64,000 nt of DNA. Origin: Acidobacteriota bacterium (GTDB lineage Bacteria > Acidobacteriota > CAIWXX01). Of the stretch, positions 50,811-60,435 are shown in pieces. The DNA is taken from assembly GCA_040755995.1 (NCBI GenBank), contig JBFMAF010000003.1, forward strand, positions 94,210 through 158,209, written 5' to 3'. Every line of letters begins with the position of its first letter. The stretch's first letter is position 1. The position numbers were made by a program, and so were the translations under genes. The notes under the pieces are model-generated. The model searched no databases. It was not told the origin of the DNA and was given only the letters and a program-made list of their open reading frames with translations.

Positions 50811-51971
50811 TCATCCTCTGGCGAGCGCGACGACCTTCTCGGCCGCGTCCTTCATGCCGCCGGCGACGGTGAAGTTCAGCCCCGAGTTGCGCAGGATCTG
50901 GCTGCCCTGCTCCACATTCGTCCCCTCGAGCCGGATCACCATCGGCACATGCAGTCCCAATTCAGTGGCGGCCTTCACGATCCCCTGAGCGACGATGTCG
51001 CATCGCATGATGCCGCCGAAGATGTTGATGAGGACCGATTTCACGTTCTTGTCCGAGAGCAGGATTCTGAAAGCGTTCTTAACCTGTTCTTCGTTGGCAC
51101 CGCCGCCGACGTCCAGGAAGTTGGCCGGCATGCCTCCGGCCAGCTTGATGATGTCCATCGTGGCCATGGCGAGGCCTGCGCCGTTGACCATGCAGCCGAT
51201 GTTGCCGTCGAGCTTGATGTAGTTCAGAGAATACTTCGACGCCTCAACCTCCAGCGGGTCCTCCTCTTCGAGGTCGCGCATCTCGCGGATCTCGGGATGG
51301 CGGCCTAGCGCGTTGTCGTCGAAGTTCATCTTCGCGTCGAGCGCGAGCAGATCATCCTCAGCGGTAAGCAACAGCGGATTGATTTCGACGAGCGATGCGT
51401 CCGTCTCTTCGTACGCGCGGCACAGGGCCTGCATGAATCCGACGGCCTTGGAGAGGACGGTGGGGGGAAGCTTCAGGGCGAAGGCGAGCTTGCGTGCCTG
51501 GTACGGGCGGAAGCCCGCCGTGACGTCGACGTATTCCTTGTAGATGAGTTCAGGTGTTTTCTCGGCGACCTTCTCGATCTCGACGCCGCCCTCGCTCGAA
51601 GCCATCATCACGGGCCGCGCCGTTCTTCGATCGAGCACCATGCCGAGGTAGAGCTCGCGCTTGATGTTCGACGCCTCTTCGACCAGCACGCGCCGCACGA
51701 TCCGGCCTTCGGGTCCCGTCTGGTGCGTCTTGAGGCACATGCCGATGATTTCCTTGGCCGCCATCTCGGCATCGTGCGGTGTGGCCGCCAGCTTGATGCC
51801 TCCTCCTTTGCCCCTTCCGCCGGCATGGATCTGCGCCTTGACGACCACCTTCTTTCCGAGTCGCTCGGCGACGGCCCGCGCCTCCGCCGGCGTGAATGCC
51901 ACCTCGCCTTTGGGGCAGGCTACCCCATACTTCTTGAGGATGGACTTCGCCTGGTACTCGTGAACCTTCAT
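50811..51971 (-). CDS. sucC: Succinyl-CoA ligase beta subunit
   Basis: [40 protein letters not shown]. Confidence 0.99.
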   Translation of the reverse strand: MKVHEYQAKSILKKYGVACPKGEVAFTPAEARAVAERLGKKVVVKAQIHAGGRGKGGGIKLAATPHDAEMAAKEIIGMCLKTHQTGPEGRIVRRVLVEEASNIKRELYLGMVLDRRTARPVMMASSEGGVEIEKVAEKTPELIYKEYVDVTAGFRPYQARKLAFALKLPPTVLSKAVGFMQALCRAYEETDASLVEINPLLLTAEDDLLALDAKMNFDDNALGRHPEIREMRDLEEEDPLEVEASKYSLNYIKLDGNIGCMVNGAGLAMATMDIIKLAGGMPANFLDVGGGANEEQVKNAFRILLSDKNVKSVLINIFGGIMRCDIVAQGIVKAATELGLHVPMVIRLEGTNVEQGSQILRNSGLNFTVAGGMKDAAEKVVALARG

Positions 51972-52190
51972 CTAATCTCCTTTCCGCGCGCAGAAGCGCG
52001 ATCCGGCATGCTGCGATCGGCTATTCTGGACATCCGCGCCTTCCGAGTACGACATAGGATGCGGACGCCTTCCGGCATCCCGCGGGATGATAGTAGAACG
52101 GGAAGAGGCAGTCAAACTCTCGTTCGATCCATTCCGATGTCAACGTCGCCGACTGCGGTGTCGCCTGGATTGCACTCGTCTGGGGCAAAC

Positions 52191-53810
52191 TCAGGGAGCC
52201 TGGTAGCGACCCGAGTTGAATGTGTCGCGGCGAAACATCGGCCATTCGATCTTCGAATGATCGATCCGCGATGGGAGGTCCCAGAGATAGAACAGGCATG
52301 CGAGGTCGTTGTCTGGCACATTGCCTATTCCCAGCTCGACGTCTCCATCTCCATCCACATCGAGGGCGATCGGACCGGAACGGTCGACGTAGCCTCGCGG
52401 TTTCAATGGGAAGTAGGGCAGCCCCCTACCACGGCCGTTCCAGGCCATCAGGTACTTGGACGGGTACGCGTTCGCGCTCACGATGTCGTTCGCGCCGTCC
52501 CCATCCATGTCGGCGACTGCGAAGCCGGCCGGAAACTTCTGATAGACGGGAAACCCGTCGAAGGTCGTGCCGTCCTGATCCAGGAGGTAGACGGCGTGCG
52601 GGTGGCCGACAACGATTTCGGGGCCGGGGTCCCCGTCGAACTCTGCGAGGGCGAGACGGTTCTCGAGGAAGTCGGTGTACTCGGGGAGCTGGACCGGCCA
52701 GCCCCGCTGCCTGACGCCGTTTTTATCAAGGCAGTACGCCTTGGTCAGGTCTTTCGCGACGACCTCGAGATCGCCGTCGCCGTCGAGGTCACCCAGGACC
52801 ACAGACTCGAAGTATGACCACCAGTACTTCTCGAGCGTGACAGGCCAGCCCTTGGCCAGCGCGCCGTCCGAGCGTCTGGCGTAGATCCTGTTGCAGTTCT
52901 TCGACCCAGTCTCGCTCGTGTACATGACCGCGATGACGACCTCGACATGCCCGTCGCCATCCAGGTCGCCGACCGCTGGTGTGGCAGGGTTGAATTCCCT
53001 GTACGCGTAGTTCCGGGGCCACCCCCTCAAGTTGCGGCCTTCGTGGTTGAATGCGAAAGTCTGGCCGTACCGTTGCGAGTTGTAGACAACATCGAGGCGT
53101 CTGTCTCCATCGAGATCGGCCAGCACTGGCGAGGTCTGAATATGCGCCCCATCTCGGTGAGGATACTGATCGTCAACCAGCTTCGGCCAACCCTCGATCA
53201 CTTGAGCACCGTGGTCGACCGCGTAAAGGAAGCCGTCGTTAGAGCTGATCACGACTTCGAGGTGGCCGTCGTTGTCAAGGTCGCCGCAGGCCGGCGTGGA
53301 GATCACGTAAGACATTGTTTTGAACGGCCAACCAGCCACACGAGTTCCATCGTGGTGCCAGGCGTAGACTCTTGAGTCATAGCTGCCCTGGATGATCTCG
53401 ATGTCTCCATCTGCATCAAGGTCTGCGAACACCGCCGACGCGAGCACGCCTGACTTGTCTCCACGCCTCAGGGGCACTGGCCACCCCTTCTGTGCCGGCG
53501 GGACTGCCCAGGGCATCTTCGGCTCGTCACCCGCGGCGCGGATGCTGGTCAAAAACGGGTAGGACGGATTATCCGGCCAGCTCTCGAGTGGTTCCATCGG
53601 AGGTATCTTGAGCCGGCTAAGACTGACCGCCTGCGGCGATGAAGTCAGCCGGATCCACGGGCGACCGTCGATGGACACGTACGAGCCGTCTCGTGCGCGT
53701 GCGAGGCGCAGGCTCGGAGTCTCGCCAGCCATTCGCGACTCGCCTGCCACGACGGCCCCCGCAGGGCCATTTGTCAGCACCACCAACATCAATGGCTTTG
53801 TGAATCTCAT
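52191..53810 (-). CDS. FG-GAP/VCBS repeat beta-propeller protein, paralogue 1
   Basis: Repeated ADLDGDG..E(I/V)V and G....GWP/GFP units, C-terminal WPMFRRD..NSG; GGAGG RBS. Confidence 0.88.
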   Translation of the reverse strand: MRFTKPLMLVVLTNGPAGAVVAGESRMAGETPSLRLARARDGSYVSIDGRPWIRLTSSPQAVSLSRLKIPPMEPLESWPDNPSYPFLTSIRAAGDEPKMPWAVPPAQKGWPVPLRRGDKSGVLASAVFADLDADGDIEIIQGSYDSRVYAWHHDGTRVAGWPFKTMSYVISTPACGDLDNDGHLEVVISSNDGFLYAVDHGAQVIEGWPKLVDDQYPHRDGAHIQTSPVLADLDGDRRLDVVYNSQRYGQTFAFNHEGRNLRGWPRNYAYREFNPATPAVGDLDGDGHVEVVIAVMYTSETGSKNCNRIYARRSDGALAKGWPVTLEKYWWSYFESVVLGDLDGDGDLEVVAKDLTKAYCLDKNGVRQRGWPVQLPEYTDFLENRLALAEFDGDPGPEIVVGHPHAVYLLDQDGTTFDGFPVYQKFPAGFAVADMDGDGANDIVSANAYPSKYLMAWNGRGRGLPYFPLKPRGYVDRSGPIALDVDGDGDVELGIGNVPDNDLACLFYLWDLPSRIDHSKIEWPMFRRDTFNSGRYQAP

Positions 53811-53957
53811 ATGCCCTCCTGGCCTACGACTGCATTCCTGTCGGCGGCGACCATTCCATCGGATCTGAATTCGTGTCGAGATCGATTGACTTCTCAACGC
53901 CCTACGTTCTCGCACGGCCTGCGTTCTCATGCTTCGCCTGCTGGCGTCGCGGGCGTC

Positions 53958-55622
53958 TCACCGGGGGCCGCGATCGCCGACGGCGGAGAGTCCTTCCTGC
54001 GGTGGATAGAAGCCCGAGTTGTAGGCGTCGCGGTCGTGAGTGGGCCACTCGGTCATCTGTGGGTTGTACGCAAAGGGCAAGTCCCACATGTAGAAGAAGT
54101 GCTCCTTCGATAGACGTCGACCGTAGTCCCCTATTCCGATGTCCACGTCGCCGTCTCGGTCGATGTCGCAAATGAGAGGAGTAGAGTACATGGTAGCTCG
54201 TGTTCTCAATGGGAACCCTGCAACCTTCGTGCCGCCGCTGTTCCACGCGTAAAGGCCGCGGCGCGGGTAGTAACGGCCAGCTACGATTTCGTTCTGACCA
54301 TCGCCGTCGATATCAGCAACCGCAGGCATTATAGGGTATTCAACAAGTGCTGGAAACCCTTCCAATGTGCTTCCATCACCATCCAGAAGATATATGCCGT
54401 CCCAATTGCTCGCGACGACTTCAAGGTCCGGGCTCGAATCGAAGTTGGCGAGGCACAAAGTATGTGGCACAAGGTCTCCCCTCATCCATGTATAGGGCCA
54501 CCCTTGCAGCATCTTGCCGTACCTGTCCAAGACGTAGACATTTTTCACGTCCCTTGCGGCGATGTCCGGGTATCCATCCCCATTCACGTCGCCGATCACA
54601 ACTGTGGTGATCCAAGACCAGTAGTGTTTTTCCAGGGTGACAGGCCATCCTTTCATCGGACTTCCATTAGATCGCCAGAGGTGGATGCGATTGTAGTGTT
54701 CATCAATGATGTCCCCGGGGTACATGACGCCCACCGCTACCTCGAGACGACCGTCGCGATCGACGTCGCCGACCGCGGTGTCGCTTGGATTGAACTCGTG
54801 TGGGGCAAACTTTCGCGGCCATCCTCGGACACGCTCTCCGTTCCGGTTGAAGACGAAGACACAATCGTACATGTGGGAACTGAAGACTATGTCCAGGTAC
54901 GAGTCACTGTCGATGTCCGCCAGGACCGGCGATGACTGGGAGTCCGCACCTCCCTGATGGGGTATGCGCTCATCGACCAGTTTCGGCCATCCGGTGCGAA
55001 CGTGGGCATTCTGGTCAAGCACGTAGAGTAGGCCGTCGTTGGAGGCGACAACCACCTCGGGGAAACCATCCTTGTCAAGATCGCCGACGGCGGGAGCCGT
55101 GACGATGTATGAGGCGGTGGTAAAGGGCCAGTTGGCGACCAGCTTGCCCGTGTGATGCCAGGCATACACCTTGCCATCCATGCAGCCGAGGATGACTTCG
55201 AGGTCGTCATCACCGTCCAGATCCGCGAACTTGGCGGATCCGGAGATTCCGTATTCACTGATCGAGGGCGCGGTGACAGGCCAGCCCTTCACGTAGGGAT
55301 ATCCTCTCGTCTCAAGAAATTCCGACGCGGAATCAGGCGTAGAGGCCTCTCGATGGTACTGGCCCTCTTGATCCTCCAAGCGCAGGCCGGCGACCGGCGG
55401 GAGTATCGATAGCAGCTCCTCGCGGGAGAGGCCGGTGCTGTGTGGATGAAGTCTGATCCTGGGTGCCCCATCGATGGACAGGCACGGCCGCCCGCGCTGA
55501 TCGCACACGAGATACCCAGTGCGTCCCGCCGATCTGCTGCCCGCGCTCTCCCTGGGAGAGAGCCAGGCAAGGCCACCCAGCAGGAAGGTGCCGACCAATG
55601 CGCTAGTACCCAATCTCTTCAT
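53958..55622 (-). CDS. FG-GAP/VCBS repeat beta-propeller protein, paralogue 2
   Basis: Signal peptide; same repeat units, collinear with paralogue 1, ending EWPTHDRDAYNSG. Confidence 0.88.
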   Translation of the reverse strand: MKRLGTSALVGTFLLGGLAWLSPRESAGSRSAGRTGYLVCDQRGRPCLSIDGAPRIRLHPHSTGLSREELLSILPPVAGLRLEDQEGQYHREASTPDSASEFLETRGYPYVKGWPVTAPSISEYGISGSAKFADLDGDDDLEVILGCMDGKVYAWHHTGKLVANWPFTTASYIVTAPAVGDLDKDGFPEVVVASNDGLLYVLDQNAHVRTGWPKLVDERIPHQGGADSQSSPVLADIDSDSYLDIVFSSHMYDCVFVFNRNGERVRGWPRKFAPHEFNPSDTAVGDVDRDGRLEVAVGVMYPGDIIDEHYNRIHLWRSNGSPMKGWPVTLEKHYWSWITTVVIGDVNGDGYPDIAARDVKNVYVLDRYGKMLQGWPYTWMRGDLVPHTLCLANFDSSPDLEVVASNWDGIYLLDGDGSTLEGFPALVEYPIMPAVADIDGDGQNEIVAGRYYPRRGLYAWNSGGTKVAGFPLRTRATMYSTPLICDIDRDGDVDIGIGDYGRRLSKEHFFYMWDLPFAYNPQMTEWPTHDRDAYNSGFYPPQEGLSAVGDRGPR

Positions 55623-55704
55623 GGTCCACTCCAATGGTTTCATCGATAGTGCTGATCTAAGGGCGCACGGTCTCCAGGGTACATGCCGCTACATGAAAGG
55701 CGAT

Positions 55705-56922
55705 TCAGGTCGATCGCCGACCGCTCTTCGGTGCTCGCGCGGATGCTGCTCGCCAGTACGTGCCCTTGTCCTCGCTCTTCGCTATTAGACCCTTGTTCAC
55801 CAGGTATTCGAGCCTAAAGTAGATCTCGGAGCTCGTGAGGTCATGCAGGCCCGCATCTTGCTTCAGCTCCTCGTCCTTGTAGAAGCGGAGCAGAAGGTCG
55901 CCGTGGGTGACGGGCGAAGGACCAAGCATGTCGCACAGAGTCTTGTTCACATGGTCAAGCGCGCGGTCTGCGCTGCCCGAGGCTGTCTCCGGCGGCGTCG
56001 ACAAAGTCTGGAGCGCATCATCGAAGCCGATGTAGTCCTCGCCTGGATCGTAGTAGCAGACTTCAAACCCCTTGACCGTCTCTAGATACGTCCCACGTCT
56101 CACCCCCTCCCTGTTCCGTGGTGCCAAGACATACTCGGATTCGAGCTGGGCTTTGTACGTCAGGCTGAGTTCCTTCTTCCTGCGAACTATCTCCTCGTCA
56201 ACCTCTGTGCCTATGAATACTACGGTATGCTTCAGTAGAACGGCCCGAAGGAAGTAGTCGATGGACGGACGTGCGATATAGAGATCGTCATAATCTTCCT
56301 CGGCGAGAACGACCTTGCCGTGCTCGACGTTCCCATGGAGATAGACCAGGAACGGACGCCTGAATGATGATGAACGAAGTACCCTTCCGAGGTTGTCGTG
56401 TTCGCCACGACACACTTGCCCCCAGTGCGTAGCGGTCGTTGGCCCGTACTTCTCGACAAGGACGTCGTAGTTAGTCGTTATGATGCCGACCCACGGAATG
56501 GCCAGGAGCGCGCGGAGGCGAGCCTCCATCCGTTTGCGCCGTGGATCAGTGGAGGGAAGCTCGTACAGATGGCGTGAGTCAAACAACTCCCTGATTCTCT
56601 CCGTCAACCACGGCTTGTCCGCGGATGCGAGCCTGATTGCCGACGCGGCCAAGGGGAGACGACCCTTCACGAGGCACTCGCGGGCATACTCGACGAATAG
56701 CCGCCGCGTTTCATCATTGAGCTCCCGCATGTCAGCGGTCTTGCCCCGGTTCTTGGACCGTTTCACGCTGGGGGGAACCAGCTCCTTTTCAAGCTCCGTG
56801 ACCAGCTGCTCTAGGAGGGGCTTCCACAGCGGCATCCCACAGGCTGCAGAAAAGCCCGCTCCCAAGTAGGCGACGCAACGGCGATCCCACACTGCCTTCC
56901 TGAGAGTCTCTAGGTTAGACAT
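55705..56922 (-). CDS. SIR2-like (SIR2_2) domain protein with a C-terminal winged-helix-like segment
   Basis: YLGAGFS..CGMPLW, IITTNYD, YLHG, VVFIG motifs; C-terminal SSEIYFRLEYLVNKGLI. Confidence 0.88.
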   Translation of the reverse strand: MSNLETLRKAVWDRRCVAYLGAGFSAACGMPLWKPLLEQLVTELEKELVPPSVKRSKNRGKTADMRELNDETRRLFVEYARECLVKGRLPLAASAIRLASADKPWLTERIRELFDSRHLYELPSTDPRRKRMEARLRALLAIPWVGIITTNYDVLVEKYGPTTATHWGQVCRGEHDNLGRVLRSSSFRRPFLVYLHGNVEHGKVVLAEEDYDDLYIARPSIDYFLRAVLLKHTVVFIGTEVDEEIVRRKKELSLTYKAQLESEYVLAPRNREGVRRGTYLETVKGFEVCYYDPGEDYIGFDDALQTLSTPPETASGSADRALDHVNKTLCDMLGPSPVTHGDLLLRFYKDEELKQDAGLHDLTSSEIYFRLEYLVNKGLIAKSEDKGTYWRAASARAPKSGRRST

Positions 56923-57505
56923 GCGCTCTCCCTCGGTCTACAAGGGCCTGTATGTACTCTGCCAGCTTCTTCACGGAGGAGTGCAACGCGTCGGCGGGAG
57001 CCAGATGCGAGAGCCAGGCAGATAGCGCGGGGAGTCTGCCTAGAACGAGGTGCTTTTCGTTTTCGCTCAAGGCTCCAAGATCACCCGTGGCTGCCTTGAT
57101 CCGTTCAATCCTCTCGATTGACTTGTTTACGTAGTCAACCACAATCGGCCAAAGACCTTGATTATGTAGCATGTGATCGACTCGGTAGAGTACGGACACG
57201 GTAGTCACGGAGAGGGCGCCGTATCTGCACTTGCTCATCTTTCTCAGTTCTTCGTAGCTCAACCCGGTTTCGTCTCTGATCTTCTGGATCTGCTCCGGGT
57301 TCGCAGGAGACGGACTTCTCTCGATCGATAGAGGAAGCCGGCGGATGTAATAATTGTCCGGCGGGACCAAGAGCACGCTGCCCCTCTTCTTGGGTCGTGG
57401 CCTGAGACCGCCGGAATTGCCTATGGGTCGTTGCGAGCCGAATTCTTCGAATTGCAGCTTGCTCCTCAGTCCAGCCAGAATCTTGTCTTGACCAATCAGC
57501 CCCAT
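56915..57505 (-). CDS. Hypothetical protein with an XRE-like HTH segment
   Basis: IQKIRDETGLSYEELRKMS...LSVTTVSVL; GGAGG RBS; overlaps the SIR2 start by 8 nt. Confidence 0.7.
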   Translation of the reverse strand: MGLIGQDKILAGLRSKLQFEEFGSQRPIGNSGGLRPRPKKRGSVLLVPPDNYYIRRLPLSIERSPSPANPEQIQKIRDETGLSYEELRKMSKCRYGALSVTTVSVLYRVDHMLHNQGLWPIVVDYVNKSIERIERIKAATGDLGALSENEKHLVLGRLPALSAWLSHLAPADALHSSVKKLAEYIQALVDRGRAHV

Positions 57506-57706
57506 CGTGTTTCATCCTCCATCCTGCTTGTCATCGCAGTCATTGTGGCGCCGGCGCCTGTTTCTCAGCGGCCTGGCTGCGGTGAGATAGGCCAACTTCG
57601 TACTGTTCGGGTATTCATCGGCAGTAGTAACCATGCTTGATTGCGTTCAATACGCCCAACTCAACCACCCAGTGGCCGATCGTGAACCTCCCACGGAATC
57701 ACCAAG

Positions 57707-58632
57707 TCAGCAGTACGAGTATGGGTGCCAGAGCTGCGGGGTGTCGATCCCGCGATGGCTATCGATCGCCGGATCCGGGCTGATCCACCGGTATTGCAAG
57801 TGGGCGAGATCGCAGCGCCGAAATAGTCGAAGCCTGTCGAGCTATCGCGTTCCCTGCCGCTGAATTTGAGCGTTGGGGCGGCGGTGTCGCCGGTCTCGAG
57901 CTGGATGCCGCCGAAGGGGTCGTAGGTGGCGGCGTAGGTGCGGGTGCCGCTCGAGTCCGTTACTACGCGTGTAGAATTGATCTGGTCCTGCGCGTAGAAG
58001 TAGAACTTGCTCTCCTTCGGACGGTATTCGGCTACCAGGCGGTTGCCGGCGTAGATGTAGTCACGGTCGCAGAAGCCGTTGGTGTCGTATTCTGCCAATA
58101 GCTTGCCGTCGTGGCCGTAGACGTAGTAGACGACTTCGCTGCCGGGCGGCGGGGTGAAGGGAGTCGGCGCCTGCTGCTCGGGATCGCCTCCGGGTGGCGG
58201 CGCGTCTTCGGTCCACTGGTTCCAGCCGCCCTCGGGTGGCGCCTCGTCCGGCCATTCGTAGGTGCCGTCTTCGGGCGATTTCTCCCACATGAAGTCGGGC
58301 AGGCCAAGCTCTGCATCAGCGGGGGCATAGATGATGTTCGGATCTCCCTCCCAAACTCTTGATGCGTCTCCAGGCGTGTCATCCAGCGTCAGCCTCGTGC
58401 CGTCCCATGCCAGGGCGTAGTCCTCCTCGGTGCCCTTCGCCGGAGCCTCCGCTGCTGCAGCTGGGGCCGCGGGCTTCCTCCGGCTCGACGGCGAAGCCTG
58501 AGCGGGCGTCGTCGGAACGAACATCGATGGCGAAACTGAAAGGCCGGACGGCGCCCTCGATCCTCCCGCAGCCACCGCCAGGGAAGTCGTTGGTCCAAGC
58601 CCTGACATGGCTGACCAGGTCAGCTCACTCAT
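57707..58632 (-). pseudogene. Degenerate orphan Rhs-core cassette (frameshifted, no toxin tip)
   Basis: Close copy of about 59710-60435. After FDYFGA (about 57812) the homology moves to another frame: LAHLQYRWISPDP...PQLWHPYSYC, then a stop at 57707-57709. Confidence 0.85.
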
Positions 58633-60435
58633 GCTCGCCGCCTTCACTGGTTCGGGCTAGCGCCCACTCCAAGACTTCCTTGTCGGTGTCCTTCTCGAGA
58701 TCGAAATGCCTCGATGCGCGTGGTATCTCTTGCCAGCCCCAGCCGTACGCTCTCGCCATGGCACAATAGGCAGCTTCGCGTGTGATTCGTTCTTCTGCCG
58801 CGTCTCGAAAAAGGTGAAGAAGCCTTCTGAGCAAGTCCGCTTCCGGCTTCTTTCTCAAGTATTCCCCAGTGATGGATATCGCCATCAATTTGACGTCATC
58901 ATCCTCGTCCCACGGTGCACCATGAAGGTACTCCTTCACCGTCGCAAGGTACTTCTCGGTCTTGCCCCAGAAATGACATAGAATCTGGAGTGCCAATCGC
59001 ACCAGCATTGGATCGTCTTTTCTCTCCAGGAACGAGACAACCAGCTCCTCGTGTTTGAGGGAAAACCCCCTCCCTATGATGTGCAAGAGAGTATATTCAC
59101 TTAGGTTTTCATCCCTTGCCGTGGTGAGAACTCGAGCTACGTCATCGATTTCCTCTTGGGATATTTCGCCCCGCTTGGCCTTCTGCAAGAGTTCGTCGAA
59201 ATTCATCGCGGCAGGTACCCTTCTGAGTGATCCAGTAGCTTGCTTGCCTCACTCAATTCCTTCTCCAACGCAGCCCTCTGCTCGTCAGTAAGGTTGGGAT
59301 CCGCGCGAAGCTTATTGATTTGCTCTATACGCTTTACCAAGGCCCTCTGCGCCTCTTGAACCTCTGTGACATGATCATAGGGAGTGCCGTCAGGCTTTCT
59401 GGCGACCACCTGTCCTTGCGATTCCCTGCGCGCCGCATCGAGGTCCGCCTGGGTAAGATGTTCCTTTACATTGTCGGTCTTCGTCGCCCCGGCTTTCGCA
59501 GCCGCCCCTATGATTACGGTGGCGACAGCCGCCCCTTGAATCGTCTTGTCGACTGCCGGGGTAGTGGCAGAGAACTGTCCATCCATGTAAGCGACGGGCG
59601 GAGTGTAGTCGAATCCCACGGTCGACATGATTTCTCTGAATTGGGCGACTACCCAGTCCAATATGTCCCGTCCATCGGGATCCAACTTCGTAAGGGGATT
59701 GTTCTCGCAATAAGCGTATAGGTTCCACAGTTGCGGATTGCTGAGGGCGTCGTCATGGTTCATGACCGGGTCGACGGAGATCCACCTGTACTGCCCGTGT
59801 GCGTACCATCTAGCGCCGAAATAATCGAAGCCCGTCGAGGTATCCCGTTCCTTGCCGCTGAACTTGAGCGTTGGGGCTGTGGTGTCGCCGGTCTCGAACT
59901 GGAGGCCGCCGAAGGGGTCGTAGGTGGCGGCGTAGGTGCGGGTGCCGCTCTGGTCCGTTACTACGCGTGTAGAGTTGATCTGGTCCTGCGCGTAGAAGTA
60001 GAACTTGCTCTCCTTCGGGCGGTACTCGGCGATGAGGCGGTTGCCGGCGTAGATGTAATCGCGGTCGCAGAAGCCGTTCGTGTCGTATTCCGCCAGGAGC
60101 TTGCCGTCGTGGCCGTAGACGTAGTAGACGACTTCGCTGCCGGGTGGCGGGGTGAACGGCGTCGGGGCCTGCTGCCCGGGATCGCCTTCAGGCGGCAGCG
60201 CGTCCTCGTTCCACTGGTTCCAGCCGCCCTCGGGGAGTGGCTCCTCCGGCCATTCGTAGCAGCCATCATCCGGCGATTTCTCCCACATGAAGTCGGGTAG
60301 GCCAAGCGCCTCGTCAGCGGGAGCATAGATCATGTCCGGATCTCCCTCCCAAACCTTCGAGGCGTCTCCAAGCGTGTCTTCCAGCATCAGCCTGCTGCCA
60401 TCCGGCGCGAGCCCATAGTCCTCCTCTGTGCCCTG
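57710..60435. repeat. Dispersed direct repeat of about 0.7 kb (57710-58435 vs 59710-60435, offset about 2 kb)
   Basis: Long identical runs such as gccgccgaaggggtcgtaggtggcggcgtaggtgcgggtgccgctc and gatctggtcctgcgcgtagaagtagaacttgctctccttcgg occur in both copies. Confidence 0.92.
58625..59206 (-). CDS. Putative immunity protein for the Rhs toxin (HEAT-repeat-like)
   Basis: ATGA overlap with the toxin stop; helical DD..VR..A repeats; visibly more AT-rich than its flanks. Confidence 0.8.
   Translation of the reverse strand: MNFDELLQKAKRGEISQEEIDDVARVLTTARDENLSEYTLLHIIGRGFSLKHEELVVSFLERKDDPMLVRLALQILCHFWGKTEKYLATVKEYLHGAPWDEDDDVKLMAISITGEYLRKKPEADLLRRLLHLFRDAAEERITREAAYCAMARAYGWGWQEIPRASRHFDLEKDTDKEVLEWALARTSEGGEHE

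Noticed and set aside
57710..60435. Repeat pair as a diversity-generating retroelement TR/VR
   Set aside because: The differences I compared are not adenine-specific and no reverse transcriptase is in the window; orphan Rhs duplication explains the repeat.
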